Positions 18,604 to 26,530 of a stretch of 26,530 nucleotides of DNA are shown here, piece by piece. Source of the DNA: Promethearchaeota archaeon (GTDB lineage Archaea; Asgardarchaeota; Lokiarchaeia; Sigyniarchaeales; SOKP01); NCBI GenBank assembly GCA_008080735.1, contig SHMW01000001.1:117047-143576 (forward strand). Direction: 5' to 3'. Position numbers and translations under genes: made by a program. Below the pieces are notes generated by a model that saw nothing but the letters and a program-made list of their open reading frames with translations, ran no database searches and had not been told where the DNA came from. How positions within the stretch are numbered: the stretch's first letter is position 1; the number at the start of each line of letters is the position of its first letter.

Positions 18604-20127
18604 ATGAGAAAAAAACAGGTAGGAACCGTGTTTAATTTTAAAGATTTTCCCGATGTTGCAAAATTTCCTTTTATCATTGGAAAGAAAGATGATAATCCCC
18701 CTGTGAAAAAAGGAGTTTTCGTCTATACGGAAAGCATCGAAGGGTTCCTAATAGGTATAATTGAAAAAATTTTGATAATTAATGAATATTTTGCTGATGC
18801 TTTGACCATTAAAGCCTATAATGAGAATACAAATCCTAATATTTTACAGGGGTTGTTTCCAAGTAAAGATTTCGAATTTGCAATCGCGATAGTAAAAGCC
18901 TTAGGAATTATTGAATTCAAAGCCCCAGAGACTACTCAAATCCAGAGAATCCATCGCATGACTTATCCCGCGACTCCAGGATCCAACGTATTTTTAGTCG
19001 AGCAAGAGATCTTAAATGAATTTATAGGATTTGATAATAATAGTGGATTGGATGTAGGTGAAGTGAAAATCACGAACTATAAAGCGAAAATAAATATGGA
19101 TAGACTTCTTAATAAGCATTTTTCCATCCTTTCTATCTCGGGTGGAGGTAAAAGTTATCTTACATCTATCCTAATTGAGGAGTTATTAATCAAGGAGAAT
19201 GGGAGTCCAGGAATAATTCTCATTGATGTTCATGGAGAATATCTATATTTAAAGGATATACCCGAACTAAAAGAAAAGGTGTATGTCCAAGATACGACTT
19301 ATTTTCAAATTTCGACTCCGAAATTATCCCCATGGTCTTTTAAACGATATCAACAGCAGATCTCCTACGTCCAAGTCAGAGAATTATCAAAATTTATCCA
19401 AAAACTCAAAAAGGATGAAAAGAAAAAGGGAAAATATTCTATACACGATATTATTCAATTGATCGATGATGATCCAGAGGGAAATAAAAGCACAAAACAA
19501 GCCTTGATAGGATGGTTATCTGAATTAGATCGATTGAACTTATTTGGTCCGCAAGAGAATCCCCGCATAAAAAATATTGTAGAGAAAGGAAAAATCACTA
19601 TTTTTTCATTAGAAAGAGAGATTAATATCAAAAAAAAGCAAATTATCGTAGAGTATCTTTGTAATCAGTTGTTTTATTTACGAAGGATGAACAAAATCCC
19701 CCCCGTTTTACTTATTATTGAGGAGTCTCATCAATTCTGTCCAGAAGCTGCACATGCTAAAGCGATTTCAAAAGGTATCATTGAAACCATCGCACGAGAA
19801 GGGAGAAAATTTATGGCATGTCTGTGTTTAATTTCCCAAAGACCAAAGAAATTAAGTACCACCGCATTATCGCAAATGAATTCAAAATTGATTTTAAATA
19901 TAAAGAATCCCTATGATTTGAAACATTTGATGGATAGCTCCGAGGCTATCTCTAAAGAATATTCTGATATGATCTCGAGTCTTGGGGTCGGAGAAATGCT
20001 TTTAATGGGGAATGCCGTGAATTATCCCATATTCATTGATGTGAGGGAACGAAAGTATAAATCGAAAAATGAAGATATCTCCCTCTCAGAGGTTTGTTTA
20101 GAATGGGAAGAAAGCCAATTAGACTAA
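18604..20127 (+). CDS. HerA/FtsK-superfamily (DUF87) ATPase, HerA-like
   Basis: N-terminal HAS-barrel-like region, HFSILSISGGGKS (Walker A), DVHGEY, IEESHQF.P (Walker B), IAREGRKF and ISQRP. Confidence 0.9.
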   Translation: MRKKQVGTVFNFKDFPDVAKFPFIIGKKDDNPPVKKGVFVYTESIEGFLIGIIEKILIINEYFADALTIKAYNENTNPNILQGLFPSKDFEFAIAIVKALGIIEFKAPETTQIQRIHRMTYPATPGSNVFLVEQEILNEFIGFDNNSGLDVGEVKITNYKAKINMDRLLNKHFSILSISGGGKSYLTSILIEELLIKENGSPGIILIDVHGEYLYLKDIPELKEKVYVQDTTYFQISTPKLSPWSFKRYQQQISYVQVRELSKFIQKLKKDEKKKGKYSIHDIIQLIDDDPEGNKSTKQALIGWLSELDRLNLFGPQENPRIKNIVEKGKITIFSLEREINIKKKQIIVEYLCNQLFYLRRMNKIPPVLLIIEESHQFCPEAAHAKAISKGIIETIAREGRKFMACLCLISQRPKKLSTTALSQMNSKLILNIKNPYDLKHLMDSSEAISKEYSDMISSLGVGEMLLMGNAVNYPIFIDVRERKYKSKNEDISLSEVCLEWEESQLD

Positions 20128-20385
20128 GTCTTTTATGATCTTTTTTCTGATTGCCTCTGTATCTCGATTTAACACGATCATTTTTTTGTTTTTCGAAACT
20201 CTAAAAACTTTAATGATATTCAAGCTCTCCATTTTCATAAAGATCTCTTGTAAAACGTCTGAATTCACATAGGGGTGCTCTTTTTTTATAAGCTCTTCGA
20301 TCCTTCTGTCTAAAGCTTCCCCTTTGGCATCTACAAGGATATCTATAATTGAATTAAACACGGGACGTTTTTGCCATCTGTCTAT
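20119..20385 (-). CDS. Small winged-helix protein downstream of cdc48 (start uncertain: ATA 20385 or GTG 20361)
   Basis: Three predicted helices, then MKMESLNIIKV and a beta wing. The frame is open upstream to 20388. SD-like GGAGTTGA at 20399-20392. Confidence 0.75.
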   Translation of the reverse strand: MDRWQKRPVFNSIIDILVDAKGEALDRRIEELIKKEHPYVNSDVLQEIFMKMESLNIIKVFRVSKNKKMIVLNRDTEAIRKKIIKDLV

Positions 20386-20483
20386 AAGCTATCAACTCCT
20401 TTATTATTTTTTAATATTTAATAGAAAAAGATATTATAATACATAGTAAAAACATGAATTTTTACTATTTAAATTTGTCTTCT

Positions 20484-22727
20484 TCAGACAAATAGTCCTT
20501 CTCCTTTTTTCGTTTCGATTTTCCGACGCTTTAGTTTTTTCCCAAATTCTTCATACCATTTGGTAATATCTGGGGTGATTGTGGGATGGATCTCTCCGTG
20601 AGCCTCTTCAAAATGTTCAATTGAAACTTTTCTTGCACGGATATTTTCTCGTAATGCTTTCATTGCAGCTTCACGACACCATGTTTCTATATCTGCCCCC
20701 GAAAATCCGTCTGTCATCTTTATCAATTTTTCTAAATCAACATTTGTAGAAAGCGGCATCTCCTCCGTAAAGATTTTTAAGATCTCTAATCTCTCTTTTT
20801 GATCGGGTGATGGAACGTATAATACTCGGTCAATTCTTCCCGGACGAATTAGTGCTGTATCTAAGATATCTGGTCTGTTGGTGGCAGCAATAACTACCAC
20901 ATCCTTCATAACTTCCAGCCCATCCAATTCCGTTAAAAATTGCGAGAGAACTTTTTCAGTTACCCCGGAATCAGTAGTATATCTTCCTCTACTTGGCGCG
21001 ATAGAATCAAATTCATCAAAAAAGATAATGCAAGGTGCTGCCATTTTTGCCTTTCTAAATACCTCCCTAATAGCCTTTTCACTTTCTCCAACCCATTTAG
21101 AAAGAAGTTCTGGTCCTTTTACCGAAATAAAGTTAGCCTTACTTTCACTTGCTACCGCTCGTGCAAGTAAGGTTTTACCGCATCCTGGTGGTCCGTATAG
21201 CAATATTCCTTTAGGTGGATTAATTCCCATACGTTTGAATATTTTTGGATTAGAGAGAGGCCAATCAACAGCTTCGATCAATTTCTGTTTTAAATCCTCC
21301 AATCCTCCGACATCCCCCCAGTTAACATTGGGGATCTCAACAAATACTTCTCTTATCCCGGATGGTAATACTTCCTTCATCGCCTCATCAAAATCTTCAC
21401 GTGTTACTCGAATTTGTTCTAAAAGTTCCGGATCGACTATTTCTGATTCTAAATCAATTTTTGGCAGGTAACGTCTTAATGCTGACATCGCAGCTTCTCG
21501 ACATACTGCCGAAATATCTGCCCCTACAAATCCGTGGGTTATTTGTGAAAATTCCTTGATTAGTTGCTTTTTATCGTCTAATGGCATATTACGTGTATGG
21601 ATTTGGAATATTTCTTTTCTCCCTTTTTCATTAGGAACCTTTATTTCAATTTCTCGATCGAATCTCCCTGGTCTACGCAAGGCGGGATCTAAACTATTCG
21701 GACGATTAGTAGCACCGATAACGATAACCCGACCTCTACTATGTAGTCCATCCATGAGCGCGAGTAACTGGGCAACGACTCTACGCTCTACTTCCCCGGT
21801 AACCGTCTCTCTTTTTGGGGCAATTGCATCAATTTCATCGATAAAAATAATAGAAGGGCTTTTTTCTTCTGCTTCAATAAATATTTTGCGTAATTTCTTC
21901 TCAGATTCTCCATAAAATTTACTCATTACTTCTGGTCCATTAATTGATATAAAATGAGCTTCGCTTTCATTAGCAACAGCTCTCGCGAGAAGTGTTTTTC
22001 CACATCCTGGAGGTCCTCGAAGTAATACACCTTTAGGAGGATCAATTCCCAATCTTTTAAATAATGAAGGGTGCCTCAATGGAAGTTCAACCATTTCTCT
22101 AACTCTTTGAATCTCCTTATCTAATCCTCCCACATCTTCATAAGTGACGTACATCCCACCTTTCTCTTCCTCTTCAGTTACATGTTCACTTATAGTCAAA
22201 TTCGTCTCATCTTGCTTTATTATACATATTCCCTTTGGTCTGAGATTAATTACTTTAAAAGTAATTTCTCTGCTGATTCCAATTGAAATTAGGATAATAT
22301 CGTCAATGGTAACTGGATAATTGTTAAGTTTTCTTTTCACGAATGTTTCAAATCGGGGGTTACTTCGAATTTTTACACTTGCGGGTGCTAAAACAATATT
22401 TTGCGCTACATCTGCATCCACTTTTTTAATTTTTACCGTATCATCAATGCTTGTGCCCGTATTTTTGCGTAATCGTGAATCAATTCTTACAATTCCAAGT
22501 CCGTTATCTTGAGGATAACTGGGCCAACTGATTCCAGCGGACTGCTTTTTACCTTCTATCGCAATTACATCGCCCGTTTGGATTCCCAGTTCCTCCATAG
22601 TTTTTGGATCGATACGAATAATGTTTCTCCCTATATCGCGTTTTTTTGCTTTTTGAACACGTAATTGTTTGCCCTCTTCTTCTTGTTCTTCCTTTTTCTC
22701 ATCATCGTTACTATCAGAAGCTGTCAT
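20484..22727 (-). CDS. cdc48: CDC48/VCP/VAT AAA+ ATPase
   Basis: Double-psi-barrel N domain and two AAA modules (GPPGCGKT twice, DEID/DEFD, RPGRFDR/RPGRIDR). Confidence 0.98.
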   Translation of the reverse strand: MTASDSNDDEKKEEQEEEGKQLRVQKAKKRDIGRNIIRIDPKTMEELGIQTGDVIAIEGKKQSAGISWPSYPQDNGLGIVRIDSRLRKNTGTSIDDTVKIKKVDADVAQNIVLAPASVKIRSNPRFETFVKRKLNNYPVTIDDIILISIGISREITFKVINLRPKGICIIKQDETNLTISEHVTEEEEKGGMYVTYEDVGGLDKEIQRVREMVELPLRHPSLFKRLGIDPPKGVLLRGPPGCGKTLLARAVANESEAHFISINGPEVMSKFYGESEKKLRKIFIEAEEKSPSIIFIDEIDAIAPKRETVTGEVERRVVAQLLALMDGLHSRGRVIVIGATNRPNSLDPALRRPGRFDREIEIKVPNEKGRKEIFQIHTRNMPLDDKKQLIKEFSQITHGFVGADISAVCREAAMSALRRYLPKIDLESEIVDPELLEQIRVTREDFDEAMKEVLPSGIREVFVEIPNVNWGDVGGLEDLKQKLIEAVDWPLSNPKIFKRMGINPPKGILLYGPPGCGKTLLARAVASESKANFISVKGPELLSKWVGESEKAIREVFRKAKMAAPCIIFFDEFDSIAPSRGRYTTDSGVTEKVLSQFLTELDGLEVMKDVVVIAATNRPDILDTALIRPGRIDRVLYVPSPDQKERLEILKIFTEEMPLSTNVDLEKLIKMTDGFSGADIETWCREAAMKALRENIRARKVSIEHFEEAHGEIHPTITPDITKWYEEFGKKLKRRKIETKKGEGLFV

Positions 22728-23016
22728 AAAATTAGTTATGAAAAATCTTTAATTCTTTAATATAGAATATCACTAAAATTAGAAAAATTTTTGTATTTTT
22801 TTCTATAATATTTTCGCTAATCAGTATTTTTTTTTACCTATAATTTAATCACCAGAACATAATCTTGGCTTTCTTAAATCTACCACCATTTATTAGACTT
22901 TTTCCATTTTTCGCCCTTCCATATATCATCGATACAAATTTAATGACGCTTTTCCAAAAAAGTATGGAACTAATGCACATTTTTTAAGTACAATTATTAG
23001 AAAATAGAATTTCACT

Positions 23017-24075
23017 CTAATCTTTTGTACCTAAAAAATGATCTAATGAAACTTGTTGCGATGAATCATCTAACTTTTTAAGTCGGTCTAAAGCATTTTC
23101 TACGCGATTCATGGAAAAATTATGGGCTTCTACAAGTAGTTCCGTAATATTTTCATATTGAATTTTTTTCCATGCGAAATCGGGATATTCATTATTTACC
23201 CTGGGATTAAGGAAAATATGTTTTATTTGGGCAACTAAATCTAAATCCAAAGCGATTGTTTTTCCCGCTGCCTTTACTTTATTGTTTACCATATTTTCAA
23301 TATTTCCGTGTTCTTGGATTAGATTTAGCGCCGTTTTCTGTCCAATTCCTTTTATTCCCGGAAAAAAATCTGTTCCTATTAAAATGCCCATTTCGATCAG
23401 TTGTTCTTGTGTAATGTTAAACTTCTCTAAGAATTTATTAAGTGATATATATTCAATATCTAAAGTGACTGTGGTATTTCTCACTTTTTTGCTTCTACTT
23501 ATCGCAAAATTACGAACTAAACGTTTCCCCCCAAATAAGAGGGTGTCATAATCTTGGGACGCACACGCCCATGCATCACCTTGCCGAACCATATATGCGG
23601 ACTGAGCTTCACCTTCTGAGGCCGCTTGGACCACTGGAATTCCCATATACTCTATCAGTTTTTTACTTTCATCAATCATATCGGAATCAAGTTTAGAAGT
23701 CATTTGAGCGAATTTTCTTGCATCCTCCATATTCCCTGCCTCTTGAGCTTGTATCATCTTTTTTTCTGCTTCCTTTTTCACTTCTCTTCGTTCTTGAATA
23801 GTGTCTAGCTTTAAATCCGAGGGCGTTCCATCGAACACGTAAATTGGCTTAATATTATGTTCAAGAAAGTTTATAGTCCTATAAAAGAGTCCTGATAAAT
23901 GAGAGGTAATGTTTCCTTCAAAATCTTTAAGAGGTGTACCATCTCGTTGTCGAATAATTGCTAAAAACTGATAAATTGTATTGAATGCATCAATCGCGAT
24001 TCTTTTCTGAAAAAGTTGTTCAAAAGTAATTGTCCTTTTGACTTTTTTTACTAAATCATTTATCTTAATACCGAT
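23017..24075 (-). CDS. fen: Flap endonuclease 1 (start uncertain: ATC 24075 or GTG 24087)
   Basis: IAIDAFN.IYQFL, TSHLSGLFYRT, VFDG, EGEAQ, SQDYD.LLFG, GTDF.PG.KGIG.K.A and a C-terminal PIP box QVSLDHF. Confidence 0.97.
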   Translation of the reverse strand: MGIKINDLVKKVKRTITFEQLFQKRIAIDAFNTIYQFLAIIRQRDGTPLKDFEGNITSHLSGLFYRTINFLEHNIKPIYVFDGTPSDLKLDTIQERREVKKEAEKKMIQAQEAGNMEDARKFAQMTSKLDSDMIDESKKLIEYMGIPVVQAASEGEAQSAYMVRQGDAWACASQDYDTLLFGGKRLVRNFAISRSKKVRNTTVTLDIEYISLNKFLEKFNITQEQLIEMGILIGTDFFPGIKGIGQKTALNLIQEHGNIENMVNNKVKAAGKTIALDLDLVAQIKHIFLNPRVNNEYPDFAWKKIQYENITELLVEAHNFSMNRVENALDRLKKLDDSSQQVSLDHFLGTKD

Positions 24076-24166
24076 GCTAATTTTCACCCCTAATTTTTTC
24101 TATTATTTTATTATATTTAATACTGAATAAAATTGTATCGAACCAATTTTTTCAAGTTCCAAATAA

Positions 24167-24400
24167 CAAAATCTTATTTTTGAATTCTTTTCCCAAAATA
24201 TTGACATTCGCAGTAAACCCCTCATTCGATATTTGATACGACAACTCATCCAACAGAAGTTTGTAAGAGGCTATTTTTCGTTTCTCGGCAACTATTATAG
24301 CCAGAACTATCTCATTTCAAGGCTTAAGAAGGATTTAGAGCAAGACGGAAAGATACACATTAAGAAGCTCTTATTCACCAGCCTTAAGTATGTTTCCTAA
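24167..24400 (+). pseudogene. Start-less open frame, probable remnant of a PCI/DDRGK-like winged-helix protein
   Basis: My translation: QNLIFEFFSQNIDIRSKPLIRYLIRQLIQQKFVRGYFSFLGNYYSQNYLISRLKKDLEQDGKIHIKKLLFTSLKYVS*. No ATG; in-frame TTG at 24233. Not in the ORF track. Confidence 0.4.
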
Positions 24401-24733
24401 AGAGCTAAAGGCTTCTCTGTGAGATAGATAAGATTGACTCTGTTAAGACCTGAGCTCTCCAACACATCACTTTTAGATCTTAGATCCCCACCTGAGAAAA
24501 ACCTTATATTTTCTATTTTTGAGATACTCGCCTCATAGACAAAATTCAACAAAAAGGAAATATCCTATTAAGACTGAGAGGTGAGGTGATAACTCCGATC
24601 TCACGTATGTGCAATTTTGTTCCAGTTAAGCGAGAGGATTTAAACTAAAAAAAAGAACTCGCAGACATTAAGAAACCTAAAAAACGATTCAAAATGAAAA
24701 AAAAAAGAGGATGTAAAAAATATTATCGGAGCG

Positions 24734-24967
24734 TTATTTAACTAAGTCTAAGAATTCTTGCTCGGTGATGATGGCGGTGCCTTGCTCTCGGGCTTTGGTA
24801 ATCTTGGTAGTCTCCTCTTCGGCGTTGCTGACCAAGTAATCTAAATCCTTTACGATGCTGGTCTTGGGGATACCGCCCTTCTGCTCGACCAACTCGTGCG
24901 CCTCCCTTCTGGTCATCGACTCGAGCTTGCCCGTGAAACACACCTTCTTGCCTTCAATACTTACCAT
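24734..24967 (-). CDS. Stand-alone BRCT-domain protein (LigA-type)
   Basis: CFTGKL..MTR.EA..LV...GG.....VK.LDYLV...K..KA...G..IITE..F. Own SD-like GGAGGG upstream of the ATG. Confidence 0.92.
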   Translation of the reverse strand: MVSIEGKKVCFTGKLESMTRREAHELVEQKGGIPKTSIVKDLDYLVSNAEEETTKITKAREQGTAIITEQEFLDLVK

Positions 24968-25024
24968 TTGTAGTTTTTTCCCTCCGTATATATGTAATTT
25001 TGGATATAGAACTATATGAAAGGA

Positions 25025-25040
25025 ACATATTTAAGCATAC
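25025..25040 (-). promoter_or_regulatory. Putative TATA box for the BRCT gene
   Basis: Minus strand reads GCTTAAATATG about 60-70 nt upstream of the BRCT ATG. Inferred from motif and position only. Confidence 0.3.
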
Positions 25041-25054
25041 ATAGAGTTCGAAAA

Positions 25055-25132
25055 TAGTGAAAAAAAAGATAAAATAAAAATGGAAAAAAATAAATTGAGA
25101 ACAAAAAGATGAAATAGAAACAAAAAAAATGG
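25055..25132 (-). terminator. Putative oligo-T terminator region downstream of ligA
   Basis: Several A-runs on the + strand (T-runs on the coding strand) directly after the ligA stop. Confidence 0.4.
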
Positions 25133-25140
25133 ATTAGGTC

Positions 25141-26529
25141 TTACTCGAGCAACTTTAAGAATTGGGCTTCGGTGATGATGGTGGTGCCCTGCTCTTGGGC
25201 TTTCTTGTATTTGGTGGTGCGCTCGGTCGAATTCGTCACTAAGTAGGAGAGATGTTTGGTCACGCTGCTCTTCGGCTCGCCTCCGTTGGAAATAACGAGG
25301 TCGTGTGCTTCTTTTCTTGACATCGTGATAAGTTTTCCCGTGAAGCAAAAGGTAAGTCCTTTCAGCTTTCCTTCCGTGATGGGTTCTGCGATCTTGACCT
25401 TCTGGGTTTTTAAGAGTTGTTCCATTTCGGGATATAGTTTCTCTACTCCTTGTTGTAGGGTTTGTGCGGTGATCTCGGCATACCCGTCGATCTGCGAAAG
25501 CTCGTGGATTGAGGCTGTTTTGATGGCTTCTAAGGTGTCGAATCCTGCCTTTACGGCTTTTTTGACCATCCGCTCTCCCAAACCCTCGATATCAAATCCC
25601 GCGATAAAGCGTTCTAAAGGGATCTGCTTCACTGCCAATAAGTTGTTAAGAGCTTTTTTAGCTGACTTCTCTTGGACCCCTTCCAGCTTCGTGAGGTCGG
25701 ATATCTTAAGAGTATAAAGGTCGGCAATTTTTTGAATTCTTTGAGTTTCATATAGAGGTCTGAGGATAAGTTTCTCGGAAAAATGTTTGATGTCGTTCTT
25801 TTTGATCCATTTGACGATCCTCCGATATCTGACGTTGGGGCAGTCCTCGTTCGGACAATAGAGGCGGCTCCCCTCGTTGATAAGATCGCTTTCACACGCC
25901 TCACATTTAATCGGGATCACAATCTCTTCTGCACCCTCAGGGGTTGCGATCACATACTCGATCTTGGGGATGATGTCTCCCCGCTTAGAAACCATCACTT
26001 TGGAGCCGATCTTAACGCCTAATTGTCCCATAATATCGGGGTTTGCCAAGCTTGCTCTCTGAACGGTGCTTCCCAATAGTTCCACTGGCTCGATGAGCGC
26101 GACGGGGGTATAATTAGCACCGCTCACGCTCCATTCCACATCGATAAGGGTGGAATCTATCATCTCGGCGGGGAATTTGAAGGCGATCTGGGATTCTGGC
26201 TTGGCTCGTTTCATATCCTCTCGGTCGATCTCCCTGCCTTTGATCACCAATCCGTCGATCTCGTAGTTTAATGAGTCACGGATTGAGTCGATGATCTCCT
26301 GGCGGGTCTCGATGACTTCTTGGATTGTATGCACGGTCTTGGTCTTGACCACCTCGAATCCTTGCTGTTGTAACCATCTGACTTTTTCGATCTCGTCGTG
26401 AAAGGTAATTTGCCTATTGGAAGTCCACGCGTCATAGACAATGAGATTGAGGTCGTCACTTCCCTTGTGATCTTTTCTCCGAATAATTCCCGCAGCTGCA
26501 TTGCGTGGGTTTTGATTATCGGAATATTT
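25141..26529 (-). CDS. ligA: NAD-dependent DNA ligase, 5' part outside the window
   Basis: The frame stays open from 26352 to the window edge (KYSDNQNPRNAAAGIIRRKD...). YEIDGLVIK, IAFKF, OB fold (RASLAN, KRGDIIPKI), C4 Zn finger (CEAC...CPNEDC), HhH repeats and C-terminal BRCT. Confidence 0.96.
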   Translation of the reverse strand, partial: KYSDNQNPRNAAAGIIRRKDHKGSDDLNLIVYDAWTSNRQITFHDEIEKVRWLQQQGFEVVKTKTVHTIQEVIETRQEIIDSIRDSLNYEIDGLVIKGREIDREDMKRAKPESQIAFKFPAEMIDSTLIDVEWSVSGANYTPVALIEPVELLGSTVQRASLANPDIMGQLGVKIGSKVMVSKRGDIIPKIEYVIATPEGAEEIVIPIKCEACESDLINEGSRLYCPNEDCPNVRYRRIVKWIKKNDIKHFSEKLILRPLYETQRIQKIADLYTLKISDLTKLEGVQEKSAKKALNNLLAVKQIPLERFIAGFDIEGLGERMVKKAVKAGFDTLEAIKTASIHELSQIDGYAEITAQTLQQGVEKLYPEMEQLLKTQKVKIAEPITEGKLKGLTFCFTGKLITMSRKEAHDLVISNGGEPKSSVTKHLSYLVTNSTERTTKYKKAQEQGTTIITEAQFLKLLE

Positions 26530-26530
26530 T

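Noticed and set aside
20878-21471. 197-aa antisense ORF in cdc48, and similar antisense ORFs in pfk, porA, the FGGY kinase, fen1 and ligA
   Set aside because: Antisense shadows of well-conserved genes, with no independent motifs.
25031-25348. Alternative-frame ORFs over the BRCT regions (also 24738-24941, 25629-25904, 26268-26501)
   Set aside because: Shadow frames of GC-richer ligA/BRCT coding sequence; their mutual similarity only reflects the BRCT duplication.
26352-26352. ORF-track start for ligA
   Set aside because: The frame stays open to the window edge and contains the NPRNAAAG motif, so the true start is outside the window.

Overview
AT-rich archaeal chromosomal segment. Gene content and sequence style suggest Asgard archaea (Lokiarchaeia-like); this is an inference, not a search result. 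In order, the window holds: rpl37ae-pcc1, prefoldin beta, a DHH phosphoesterase, an ECF transporter A/A'/T module and cgi121; then on the minus strand a THUMP protein, a diverged TsaC/Sua5-type protein and a four-subunit 2-oxoacid:ferredoxin oxidoreductase operon (gamma-delta-alpha-beta). Next come ZPR1, a PfkA-family kinase with the PPi-type signature, an acyl-CoA dehydrogenase, an uncharacterised Pol-beta-like nucleotidyltransferase with a 4-Cys glutaredoxin-like neighbour, a Zn-ribbon protein, an FGGY kinase, a 4-TM protein and an orphan HerA-like ATPase. The right part holds a small winged-helix gene, cdc48, fen1, a decayed ~600 bp patch, and a GC-richer block with a stand-alone BRCT gene and a bacterial-type NAD-dependent DNA ligase that runs off the window edge. 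The most interesting observations are: two conserved genes whose Shine-Dalgarno spacing points to ATC/ATA start codons; a TsaC with altered threonine-pocket motifs near KEOPS subunits; a LigA plus duplicated free-BRCT module next to FEN1; the NTase/glutaredoxin pair; and an uncalled PCI/DDRGK-like winged-helix remnant. No rRNA, tRNA, CRISPR array or transposase was recognised.
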